Source: the human T2T-CHM13v2.0 reference genome, Homo sapiens. Taken from it: a DNA stretch of 64,000 bases. The notes under the pieces are model-generated. The model saw nothing but the letters and a program-made list of their open reading frames with translations. It did no database searches and was not told the origin of the DNA. The DNA lies in NCBI RefSeq assembly GCF_009914755.1, contig NC_060934.1; one strand, 5' to 3'. This document shows positions 23,341 to 38,260 of the stretch, in pieces (position 1 is the stretch's first letter; each line of letters starts with the position of its first letter). Position numbers and translations under genes: made by a program.

Positions 23341-24133
23341 TGTACCTCTCTGAGATGTTGACAGCACCCCCTACAGCTCTGAACACTTTTGGAGCATAGC
23401 AGGTGCTTGAACAAATCATCAATTGGCCATTTTGTCAGCAGGAAGAGAATTCAAGAAGAACACTAGTGATTATTCTTTTGAAGAGTTTGAAGAAAATCCA
23501 GATAAAAGAAGAAGAGTTTAACCAAATTGGCTAAAGATACATAGGCCTTTGAAAAACAGGGATTTTTAAAATGAGAAATGTTTGTCAATTTTCCATCAAC
23601 AAACACTGGATTATTACCAGATTAACATTCAGTGATAATCTACAGTTGAAGAATGCGACCCAGCACCCACCTAGTTTACCCTGGCTGTCAGGTAAAGTTG
23701 GGATTCAAGTCCAACAATCTTTGTTGAAAGAATTCTTTTATCTCTTCGTGTATTTGACTTATCACTCTTGCTTTGTGGTTTTTTTTTTCTAACTTTATAT
23801 GATCTATTTCCTTCTTTTTTCATTGTCTTTTCTTTTCTTTTTTTTTTCCTCTATCAGCCACTTCAAACATTTTGGCAAGTGTATGTGATCCAATGGGTGG
23901 GGAATTCTTAGCTTACATCTGAACAGCCTTTACCCAGGGAGACAGGCATGTGGGGACCCATCCAAGGACTGTGGATCCCCAGGAGAAGTCTATTTGAGGC
24001 ACAGAAGAACCTGCTGGGAAAGGCAGAAGGGACCAATTTTGGAAAAAATGAGGCTCCTCCAAGTGCAGGCTGTCACTCAAGCTAGCCTCCAAATTCACCT
24101 ACCAAAGCTGAACCTGTGTCCTTGGAAGAATCT

Positions 24134-24508
24134 TGATAGGGTTTGGCTGTGTCCCCACCCAAATCTCATCTTGAATTGTAGTTCCCATAATCCCCACATG
24201 TATGGGAGGAATCTGGTGGGAGGTAATTGAATCATGGGGGCAGTTACCTTCATGTTGTTCTTGTGATAATGAGTAGTTCTTACAAGACCTCATGGTTTTT
24301 TAAGGGGCTTTTCCCCCTTTTGCTCAGTCTTCTCCTTCCTGATGCCATGTGAAAGAGGATGTGTTTGCTTCCTTTTCCACCATGATTGTTAAGTTTTCTG
24401 AGGCCTCCCAAGCCATGCTGAACTGTGAGTCAATTAAACCTCTTTCCTTTATACATTACCCAGTCTCGGGTATATCTTTATTAGCAGCGTAAAAAATGGA
24501 CAAATACA
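24134..24508 (+). mobile_element. THE1 (C/D-like) solo LTR
   Basis: tgatagggtttggctgtgtccccacccaaatctcatcttgaattgtag...gtgagtcaattaaacctctttcc...ggacaaataca; ATCT flanks both ends. Confidence 0.93.
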
Positions 24509-24559
24509 ATCTGGAACAAAAGAGGGGGAAAACAGAAAGAGCAGAACATCTTGTTTCTG

Positions 24560-25040
24560 ACAAGATGTCAAACAGACAGAGGCTGCTGGTTCCTCCCCTG
24601 ACCCAGCCCTGCAGATGCCATGGAGGCAAGAGGAAGGTGAATGGAACTGAACATGCCTTTGCAGACTGTGAGGAGCCCTGAGGACACAGAAGGCTGGGCC
24701 CCCAGCCTGAGGAATGGGGGCACCTAAGTGGAAGAGGTCAGGCCCCAAGGTCTGGAAGTGCTTTTTCATTTTGTTCTTTCCTCTTTCTCACATTGGCCAG
24801 GGAAGTTGGCTCCTTTCTTTTTCTTCTCTGGGAGCAGCAGGAGACCATCAGGTGACTCTAGCCTAGCAGGGTGGGGCACCAGCTCCCCTGAGAATGGAAG
24901 CATCTCCAGCTAAAATCATACTCTGTGGTTTATCCTGCCCTGTCCGGATTCCCTGTTTTCCCTCTCCTGAGAGCTCTTCTCCAATAAATCACTTAAACAA
25001 GGATGCTCACCTCAGGTTCTGCTTCTAAAGGATTTGACAT
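24560..25040 (+). mobile_element. ERVL-class LTR relic (LTR33/41-like)
   Basis: 3' end ccAATAAAtcacttaaacaaggatgctcacctcaggttctgcttctaaagg. Confidence 0.55.
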
Positions 25041-25784
25041 AGTGTGGGAAATGGAAATGCATAAAGTGACAGAAATTAGCTGAACGTAACAGTCATATTA
25101 AATAGGTTAAATTCACTGATCAAAACAAAACAGAGATTTCCAGGTTGGACCGAAAATAAAAACCATGCAAATGAATAAAAACAAAGGCCCAGAAACATGT
25201 GCAACATAATTAGTGGGTGTTTATAAAACTTTGCATTTAACACAGAACATACATCATTTTTGAGCACACATGAAACATACAAAAAATTGGCATAGATTTG
25301 CCATAAACGAAGCCTCAATAAATTCTAAAGAATTAAGATTAATGTCTTAATCATGTTGGGGAAAATGAGAAACCAATATCAAATTATTAGTTTTTAAAAA
25401 TTATGTCTGTTAGGTATCTAAAATGTATACTATTTAATAATTCTTGTGTCAAAGAGGAAATCATAAAGGTAGTTCTAAAATACTTAAAGCTAAGAGAAAA
25501 TGAAAACACTATATATCAAAATTTTCGCAGTGGATGAAAGAAGACACATTATGTCTTTAAGTACATTTGCAAAAAACTAAAATTACTAAAAACAAATATC
25601 TAAGCTTTCAAATCTAAACTGTTTAAAATTGCAAAAAAAAAATTGAAAGAAATAATGAAAATAAGGATAGAAACCAATGAAACAGAGAACAATAAAACAA
25701 AAGACGGGACTAACAAGACCATAAGCTGCTATTTTGAAAAGATTAAAAAGAAGCAGCAAACTTCCGGCAAACTTGATTTTTTAA

Positions 25785-26094
25785 TTAAAATTTTGATTGA
25801 GAGAATTGCAGATTCACAGGCAATTAATTGTAAGAAATAATACAGAGAGATCCTATGCATTCTACCCACTTTTCCCCAATGCTAACATTTTGCAAAACTG
25901 CAGTGCAATATCTTAACAAGGACATTGACATTGATACAATACACTTATTTTATTCAGAATTTCCCAGTTTTACTTGTACACATTTGTGTGTTATGCTTGG
26001 TTCTATGCAGTTTTATTACATTTAGATTCATGTATTCACCCTCCCACTCAAGATACCAAGCAATTCTTTCACCGTAAAGATCTCTCACGAAAGA
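25785..26094 (-). mobile_element. 5'-truncated L1MC-type element with TSD
   Basis: gtaagaaataatacagagagatcc...cattgacattgatacaat; TSD TTGATTTTTTAA at 25773-25784 and 26095-26106. Confidence 0.85.
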
Positions 26095-28540
26095 TTGATT
26101 TTTTAAAAAGGGAGAGAATATATAAATAAATAGATACATAAGGAAAACAAAAATGTCTAGATGCAGTAAGAGACTAGAGACTATATGAACAACTATATAC
26201 CAAAATATTTGAAAACTTAGGCAAAACAAATAAAATGCCAGAAAAATTAAAAAGCCAAAATTGGAATAAGAAAAATAGAAGCATTTAATAAAAATAACTA
26301 ATAAAGTAATAGGCACAGTGATCAAATAACTCTCCATTCTAGGTCCCAGTATCAGTTTTAGATGTAAGCTCTATTAAATTGTTAAGTAAGAGATAATTCC
26401 TACCTTACACAAGCTGTGTCAGAAAGCAGAAAGAGGAAAAGCTGTCTAATATATTTTATGACAGAAATATGCCTCGATTGAAAAAGTAGATAAGAACAGA
26501 AAAATACAATATCCTAGAGAAACATTAGCCAACAAGATCCAATCATGTAACTAAAATAATAATGACAAAGTAGAGTATATTTCACAGTATAAAGATGGCT
26601 TAACCTCAGAAAAGCTCTTAATGTAACTCACTAGATTAATGTACTGAAGAAAATGTCCTAAGAATAATTATATGGTTATCTCAATAGATCCAGAATATGT
26701 TTTTAATAAAATCTGACACCTAATTATGATTTTTGTTAATTCAGAAAAAAAGTAATTTAAAAAATCTTTCCTTAACTTGATAAATGTTTGGTGCCAGAAC
26801 TTGGACAAAAGTTAAACTTAATGAAAAAAATTCAAATATGTTCCATTAAGATTGCCAACAAGATAAAGATACATGCTGTCATTTTACTAAATAGTACCAA
26901 GTATCCTGTTTAATGCTACAACATAAAAAAAGGAAAAAAAACAGAAATTGAAAGAATAAGAAGAAAAACTACCCTTATTCGCAGGTGATAATGCACATTT
27001 CCACAGTGAACCCAACAGAATCAATAGAAAAACTCAAAAGAATTACAAATTTGACAAGATTGTTGGATGCAAGAGTAATTTATATACCTTAATGAAAAAA
27101 GTCATCTCTGACTTCCACGTATGGTCATGTTGAAGTAACTGGGACTGGACTTACTGTGCTATGATAAACATCTAGAAAACAGGATAAAGTATTTGAAACA
27201 GCTGTTTTCAGGCATCGAATAACAGGCAGCACAGGACTGTGATCTCTGAAAAAAGACAAACAAATGAGGTAAGTTCCATAGTCCCTGGCCTTCTGCCTGG
27301 AGGAGCATTCTGGAACAGACCACAGGGAGGGGGACCCCAACCAGCACAAGGCTGCCTCGCTGAGTGGGAAACAGATCAGAGTTTGATGAGACTGAGGAGA
27401 CTGGGATTTGTGGGGGCAGAGAACCCAAGAGGAGGGAGGTACATAAAGAAATAATTCCATGAGTTTCTGCTGACTACTAAAATGTGCACATGTAAAATAA
27501 AACTCCATGAATCCAGGCAAAGAATGTTGGGGACCTGTAAGGCAATCAATTTCTGGAGTTCATATATGGTGTGGAGACACTTGAGTTCTCACCAGCTAAA
27601 GAAGAGAGTCGGTGAACACCGGAAATTTTCAGTAGAGTAGCTAAAAGAGTCAGACCTTAACAAGAAAACTAGACTAGCCCAGAGGAGAGTTTACTCTAAC
27701 CCTACTCCAACAAAAGCTTAAACACAAGCCTCAAAAGAACCAAGCTGATCTGTAAGTACCTAAACTGCTTGTTTCCCAGAACAAACCCAACTTTCTGGAA
27801 GAAAAACAACAAAATCCAGCGCCTAACAATATAAAATTCTCAATGTCCAGCATTCAATAAAAATTAGTTAAAATGTCAAAAAGCAGAAAAATATAACCCA
27901 TAGCTGAGAAGGAAAATAAAAGTCAAAAGAAACAAACATGAAAATGACAGAGTTGATGGAATTAGCAATCAGGGGCTTTAAAGCAGCTCAAGAATTTAAA
28001 GGAAGATATAAACACAATGATGAGAAAAATGAAAGATATATATTTTTTAAACCCAAAGGAATATCTAGAGATTAAATAATACGGTATATAAATGAAAAAA
28101 GAATACTGGGTGAGATTAACAGTAAATTAAAAACAGCAAAAATTCTTTTGCTATGAAGACATAGCAATAGAAATTATTCAAAATGAAGCACAGGGAAAAA
28201 AGACTAATTAAAAATGAATATAACTTCTGTAGGACACTATCAAATAGCTTAATATCCAATGGTTCTGATCTTTTGGGACAACATCAAAGAATCCAACATA
28301 CACAAGATTGTAGTTTTAGAAAGAGGAGTCTGAGAGTGAGGAGGACATAAAAAGTGTTTGAAAAAACAATAGCCAAAATGATACAATTTTTGGTAAAACT
28401 CAGAGATCCAAGAAAGTAAAAGGTTTATAAGCAGGATAGTTACAGTGAAAACTACAACAAGGTACATCATAATCAAATTGCTGAAAAACAATGATAAAGA
28501 TAAAATATTTAAAACAGCCAAAAAACCCCAAATTATATAA

Positions 28541-29098
<558 letters not shown>

Positions 29099-29341
29099 GT
29101 GTAGAGGAACAAAGAATAGCTGCAGATTTCTCCTCAGAATATATGGAACCCAAAAGATAATAAAACATAAAATTCTATGTTCGGCAAAATTAATGTAAAA
29201 GTAAGACTGTTTTAGACAAATGCAAGTTGAAAGAATAAATTGCCTACAGATCTGCACTTCCAGAAACTTGTATCTACATTTAAAAAAAGAAGAGTACCAG
29301 AAATAGTAAATATATGAGTAAGTGTAAAATAATTTGTCTAA

Positions 29342-29688
<347 letters not shown>

Positions 29689-30926
29689 TAAAATCAAACT
29701 AATAATTATTTATCAAGCAATTTATAACATGTAGAAGTAGAATGTATTACGAAAATAGTGCACAGGATGGGATTGGAGAAATTGAAGTACACTCTTGTAA
29801 GGTTTTTATATGCAAAGTGGGATAATATTGTTCGAAGACAGATGGCAACAGGTTAAATGTGTATATAGTAAACTCTAGAGTAACCACAAAAGAATAAAAC
29901 AAAGAGTTATAGTTAATAAGCTATTAGTAGAGATAAAATGTAGTGTGAAATAATACTTGATTGGTCTGAAAGAAGGCAGGAAAAGAGAAAAAAGAAATAA
30001 ATAATAAATGGGAGAAAAAGAAAAGAAATTACAAAGTGGTATATTTAAACTCAATCATTGTCAATTATATTAAATGTAAATTATGTAAACACTGCAATTA
30101 AAAAGCAAAGATTGTCAGACTGAACCCAATTATTTCTTGTTTCAAGGCAAATAAGGAAATATTTTTAACTTTATGAAAATGTAAACAGAACAAGCTAAAA
30201 TTTATAGAATGCAGCTAAAGCAGTGTTTAGAGGGAGATTTGTAACCTTAAGTGCTCCTGTTAGAAAAGAATAAATTTCTAAAATCAGTGATCTAAACTTC
30301 CATTATAAGAAACTAGGACAGGAAGTACGAGTAAACTTAAATTTTGTAGAAGAAAGAAAATAATAAAAATAAAAATGGAAACTCATGAAATAGACAAAAA
30401 CAGAAAAAAATCAATAAAATCAAAACTGTTTTCTTGAAAATATCAATAAAACTGATAAGACTTTAACCAGACTGGTGAAGGAAAAAGAGAGAAGACAGGA
30501 ATAACTAGTATTAGAAATGGACAAGGAGACACTATCATAGATACTACTGACATTAAAAAGGATAATAAGGGAATATTATGAGCAACATTATGCTAATTTA
30601 ACTTAACAACCTATATAAAATGAAAAAATTACCTAAAAGACCCAAATTATGAAAAAAATAAACTCAAGAAGAAATAAGAAGCACAAGTTGCCTTAAATCA
30701 ATTTTTAAAATAAGTTTGTCATTAAAAATCTTCCCACAAAGAAAAATCCCAGCTTAGACGGTTTCACAGGTGAAGTCTAACAAATATTTAAGGAAGAAAC
30801 AACTTCAATCTTAAATAAATTCTTTCAGAAAAGAGAGTAAGAGAGAACACTTTCCAGTTCATGCGGTGAGACTGGCATTACCTGAGTATGAAAACAAAGC
30901 AAAGACATTATAAGAAAAGAAAATCA

Positions 30927-31215
<289 letters not shown>

Positions 31216-31380
31216 AAAAGAAAATCATGCACCAATATCCTCCCCAAACACAGTGCAAAAGTGCTTAACAAAATGTTAGTAATTCTATTTTAACAATGTG
31301 TAAAATGGATAAATATACTGTTTCCAAGTGTGATTTATTCCAGGAATTCAAGATAGTTTAATATTCAAAAATCAATAAAA

Positions 31381-31587
<207 letters not shown>

Positions 31588-32551
31588 TCAATAAACATAG
31601 TTCATCTTAGGATAAAGTAGAAATCTCATATGATTATCTCAGTAGATATAGAAAAGGCATTTGATAAAATTTAATACTCATTCATGATAATGAATATCAA
31701 CAGACTAGAAATAGGAACTTTTTAAAAGTGATAAAGTTCTTCTACGAAGAAACCTACCGCTAACATCATATTAATAGTGAGAGATTAAAACTTCTTCCTT
31801 AAGATTGAAAACAAACGAAGGTAAACATCTCTCACCATGTCTGTTCAGTACTGTAATGGTGGTCCTAGGCAGTGCAATAAGACAAGAAATGTTTAAAATA
31901 AGAGGCCTACAGATTGGAAAGGAAGCAGTGAGACTGTTTGGAAATGACATAATTATATAAAAAATCCTGAGAATTCTCTAAACGAGCAACTGAAATTAAT
32001 GTACCAATTTAACAATATTTTGTAATACAAGGTCAATATACAGTAATGAATTGTATTTCCACATACTACCAAAGAAAAATTAGAAAATAAAATTCTAGAA
32101 AAGGCAATTCTAATCTATAGTGACAGAAAGTAAATCGGGGATTCCTTGGGTGCGTGGAAGGAATAGAATTGACTACAAAGGGGCATAAGGGTATATTTTG
32201 GGGTGATGGAAATGTTCTGTATTTTTATTGTAGTGGTGATCATGTAGGTATATATGTTTATCAAAACTCATTAAATCCTACAATTAAAATGAGTATATCT
32301 TACTTTTTATAAATTTTTGTTTTGATAAAGATGATGTTCAAAAAAGTAAAAAAAAAAAAAAAGGGAGAGTTTCCACTATATTAGCAATAACCTACTAGAA
32401 AAATATAATAGAACTCAAGTTATAATTCCTAATAGCCCACCCCCATCCCCACCTCAGGAGTATCTAGAAATTAACCTAAAAATATACAAGATCTTTACAG
32501 AGAAAAATCCGGATAAAATAAGACCTAAATAAGTAGAACCCCAGTACATGG

Positions 32552-32949
<398 letters not shown>

Positions 32950-35105
32950 TAAATTGTACTCAATTCTAATAAAATTTCATCTTTCTGGATCTTTAGAAAA
33001 ATAAAGCTATATAAACAGCTAAGATAATTTTGAAAAATAAAAGAGCAAAGAAAGAAAACTTTGCCGTGTTCCATATCTAGACATTACAAAGGTGGTAATA
33101 AAGATAGTGGGATACTAGTGCAGGAACAGACAAATAGACAACTGGGATAAAGAAAAGAACTCTGAAAGAGATTCATAGTCTGTGGTAAGGAGGCACCAGT
33201 ATTCAGTGGAGGAAAAAAAAAAATGAATTATTTAGTAGTGCTGTTGGGGTAACCGGCTCACGGGATGAAGCTGAATAAAGTTGTAGCTCTAATTCAAACC
33301 ACATTCAAAAATGACTCAGGAAAGACCGAAATGTGAAAGAAAATGTTATGAATTCAATAGAAGAATGTAAAAAAGACTATCTTTTTGACCTAAGGGTGAT
33401 AAGGATTTCTTTAATAAGACACCAAAAGCATAAATCACATGACAAAAATTGGTGAACTTGACTACATCAAAATTAAATATATCTGTTCAAACGTGGCCAC
33501 TAGAGCCGTGGTTAACGAACGTGTTGCTGCAGATGGGGAGGAGGTAATGAACGCTGTCTAACCTAACAAAGGAATAGGCCCTAGAATATAAGATACTGCA
33601 AATTAACAAGACAAAGACAGGAAATCTAATGGAGGGAAATGAGCATTTGCTGGAAGAGGAAACTAGATGGCTAATGAGTTTATGAAGAACTGATTAACTT
33701 CATCAGTAATTAAAATAGCAATGAGATGACATTGGGAAACATTAGAAAAGTTAGAAAAAAAAGATCAGGTGTCAGGGAGGATGTGGGGAAGCAGGAGCCT
33801 TCCTAGCAGCCAGCACTATGCACAATTCTCCAAAAATACAAGGACCCCATGTCCTTTGGAGATAGACAAGGGTCTACAGCCATGCTACCATCAGTGAGCT
33901 CAGGATTGCTAGCTGGCCCCTTGGGCAAGAGTGGCACAGAACTGTTTCAAGTAAAGCAAGGTGGAGCTGTACATGAACTACCAGGTAATCTCCAGGGCTG
34001 CCTGGATGTAGGCCAACAAGAGAGACCATGGTGGCATTCAGATCCTGGGGCTCATCCGGAGGAGATCTGGGGACATTCAAGAGGAGGGTGTAGCATGCAC
34101 TAGCTTTCCACTTAGGAATGCACACAATGGGGGAAATACAGAAGGGTCATGGGACGTTGGGAACATGAACACCCACGCCCTGCTTCTCAGTCTTCCAAGG
34201 AGGGAAAGAAGCAGGCAGATATGAGATCCTCAGTTCTGACTCTTCTGGTACTTCCAACATGCCTTGGGACCCTCTGTAGGGGCCATTCCTGCCTCAGAAT
34301 CCTCATCCATGCTGTGGGAGTGGCCCTGCCCCTATCCACCTCAGAGGCCAGGTTACATAAATATGACGGCCTGTAATTTCAAAATCCAAGTAGCGGGTTG
34401 GATCATTAGGAGGAGTTTGCTGGGCTGCTTTGAGGTTTGACCTATTTATTTTTCACCAGGAGCTTTTTTGGAAACATTCTTTGTTAAGGTTTTTCCTTCC
34501 CTCTTCCTTTCTTCCCTCTGACTTTGACGTCAACACAAAAGCCAGCGTGGGCAGAATTTGGGCGTTCGGGGACACTGCAGAGCAGTGAGTCTGTTCCTGG
34601 CCCCTCCCAGACTCTGGTCTCTGCAAGAGTCCCATTGAACCCCAAGGACAAAGGACAAGGCTTCTCATCCTTTGTCCCCTAGATCTCTCACTTTCTAGTC
34701 TCCTCTACCCAGCAGCCCAGGTCTGGGGGTACCAAGCAGAGGCCTCAGGGCCCCACGTTTGCCCTAAGCCATCTAGGTCCAAGGTGTAGTCACACTTCTC
34801 CAATCTATTACTCCATAAAGAATTTCAGCTCTGTAAAGTGTGCCCCAACAGAACATTCAAGAGGCGGAATGGGTTTGTCCATGGGAGACTCTGGCTACCA
34901 TCTTCACATCCCCTAAAAATTTCCCCACCTGGCTGACAGATGTCTCAGAATTTGTCATTAGAACTAAAGTCAAAGAGGAAAAACTTCAGCCCTGACAGTA
35001 TCTCATTAAGCCTTATCAGCTATTTACACCTCAGTGTGAATGTGATGCCTGGAGCTTTCCTGAGAGGAGAGTGTGAGAAGATTGTAGAGCCCTCCAGAAC
35101 CCTGC

Positions 35106-35510
35106 TGTGTTAGTCCATTTTGTGTTGCTATAAAGGAATACCTGAGGCTGAGGCTGAGTAATTTATTAAAAGAGGTTTATTTGGCTCACAGTTCTGCAGG
35201 CTCTACAAGCATGGTGCCAGCATCTGCTCAGCTTTTGGAGAGGCCTCAGGAAGCTCATGGTAGAAGGCAAAGAGGGGGCAGGCGTGTCACATGGCAAGAG
35301 ACGGAGCGAGAGAGAGAGAGAGTGGAGGTGTCACACTCTTTTAAACAACCAGATCTCACATGAACTCATTAGCGTTCACAGGATGGCACCAAGCCATTCA
35401 TGAGGGACCTACCCCCAAGACCCAAACACCTCCTGCCAGGTTCTACCTCCACCATTGGGGATCACATTTCAACATGAGATTTGGAGGGGATAAACATCCC
35501 AACTATAACA
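35106..35510 (-). mobile_element. MST (A/B) MaLR solo LTR
   Basis: tgtgttagtccattttgtgttgctataaaggaatacctgag...catgagatttggagggg...aactataaca; perfect 5-bp TSD CCTGC. Confidence 0.93.
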
Positions 35511-35623
35511 CCTGCCAAGTAAGATGGGGACATCTAAGGAGGAAGGGGACACAGATAGGGCAGTTGAGGCTGCCACAGACAAATCTCACCCACCCTGACT
35601 GGTCCTGCTTGGGACTGGCCTGA

Positions 35624-36092
<469 letters not shown>

Positions 36093-37354
36093 TCTTTCAC
36101 ATTTTCTTTCATGCTGCTTTCATTCTCTTCTGCCTCCTCTATCTCACTTTTTTTTTTAAACCATGCTCAGTCTGCTAGAAAAATGGTGTTTCTCCATCTA
36201 CTCAAGCCATTTTGATAGCTTTCAACAGGGAAACATTTTATTCTATGTGGATGCTACACATTCGATAAGCATGCACTCCTTTTCTCACCTTTTTCCTTCT
36301 ATACTTCTCTTCTCTGTGAACCTCTTCTCTCCTTCTCTTTCTACATCTTCTTTTCAGCTGCCTGAACATCTCAATTGTACCATGTTGGCAGATCCTCACT
36401 CGTCTGATATTTTATATTAGGTGCATCTGCTTTAACTATTCCACTTAAAAATTAAACCCATCTGCCCCAAACTGAAAACAGCCTCTCCCTGACCAGGGAC
36501 AATAAATATTGATGACTTGAGGCATGATTAGCTTTTATGATGTTTGATGACAACTGGTATCAGTTACAGAACTTACATCATTTAATAAAAAAAAAAAAAA
36601 AGCCCTAGTAGGGATGTTGCATGTCAACAGACATTATTAGATGTCAAAAGAAATACATGTTCTTCAAGAGCCTAAAATCTAAACAATGTGAGGGGCTGGG
36701 GAGGGGTTCAGAGGGGGAAGTTTGGACAACTTTTATGTGAAGTTAGGAGTATCGTTTCTTTTTGTGTCCACCCTAATTTGTCCAGTTGAGTTTTCTAGAG
36801 CCCTACTACAGCCACCACCAAAGACTTCTTCAAGAAATTCTCTTCCTTGATACGATTTGGAAAGCTGAGCTTATTTGATGTCCCTCTCCTCCAACAGGAG
36901 ACCTCTCAGATGCCTCCATTTGGGAGAAAACTGAATATGTCAAAGGGCACCAGATCTGGGAACCAAAGGGGAGATGAGAACACTTGCGCCCTCTTTATTT
37001 TTGTTGTCAGTATGAAATCAGGACTGTCTGGCTCTGTCTGAGGTTTAAAGCAAATAAACCAAGATCTGGTACGTGAGCCTACTGTGCTTCCATTTATACC
37101 CCAATGCGTTAAGTATAAATAGCATTATTAAGAAGGTGGCTGCCAACATTTCTCTTTACAGCACATTCAATCTTTAATAAAAAGATGGGTGGAAATATTT
37201 TACTGCTATTTCAACTGTATTTATGTGCTTTAGGGAGCTGGATTCTGACTACCTACTCTACTTCCGGAGACTCATTTGGGTATATTTAGAAAGATCTTAA
37301 ATTCCTGTGGTCTTGAGAGTGGTTTGGTGAATTAAACCCCTAGAGACTAGAGAC

Positions 37355-37701
<347 letters not shown>

Positions 37702-37999
37702 TAACTGACCCCTCTCCCATCCCCAGTAGTTTATGCTACGGGAGAATCAGACTCCTCTTCAATCACTGCAGCTGTGGTCTCCCAAGGAACGTTCTGGAAA
37801 AAGAGAACAGAACTGCAATGGAATGCAGAGATTTCTGCTGCTTGATCCTGCATTTGTAAAACAGGGTTACTATTAATATCTATCTTATGGGGTCTTTGTG
37901 GAGGTCACAGAAACATTGTTTGTGGAAGTGGTTTGAAAATGGAAAAGGGCTAGGAGTTCTCTCTGCTGGGGAAGCAGCACGTCACTGGGAGATCACTGG

Positions 38000-38260
38000 G
38001 CTGAGGTTGCTACTTAATAGCTGGGGACTTTGGACAAGTCTTTTACACTCTCAGAGCCTCAATTTTACCATCTGGGAAGTGGAAATGATAATACCTCTTA
38101 GGCCTCTGGTGCAGATGCAAAGTGTCTGCAACTGTTTAGCAAACAATGAAGTGCCGCATTCTTTCATTCAGAAATGCCTTGCAACATTGACTGTGTGCCA
38201 GGCAAGCTGCTAGGAGCTGGGGATGGAGAGAGAAATTATCAGAAGAGCAGTTCTGACCTT
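38000..38260. mobile_element. MIR (+) followed by an L2 3' end (-)
   Basis: ctcagagcctcaattttaccatctgggaagtggaaatgataatacc; cattctttcattcagaaat...ctgtgtgccaggc. Confidence 0.7.
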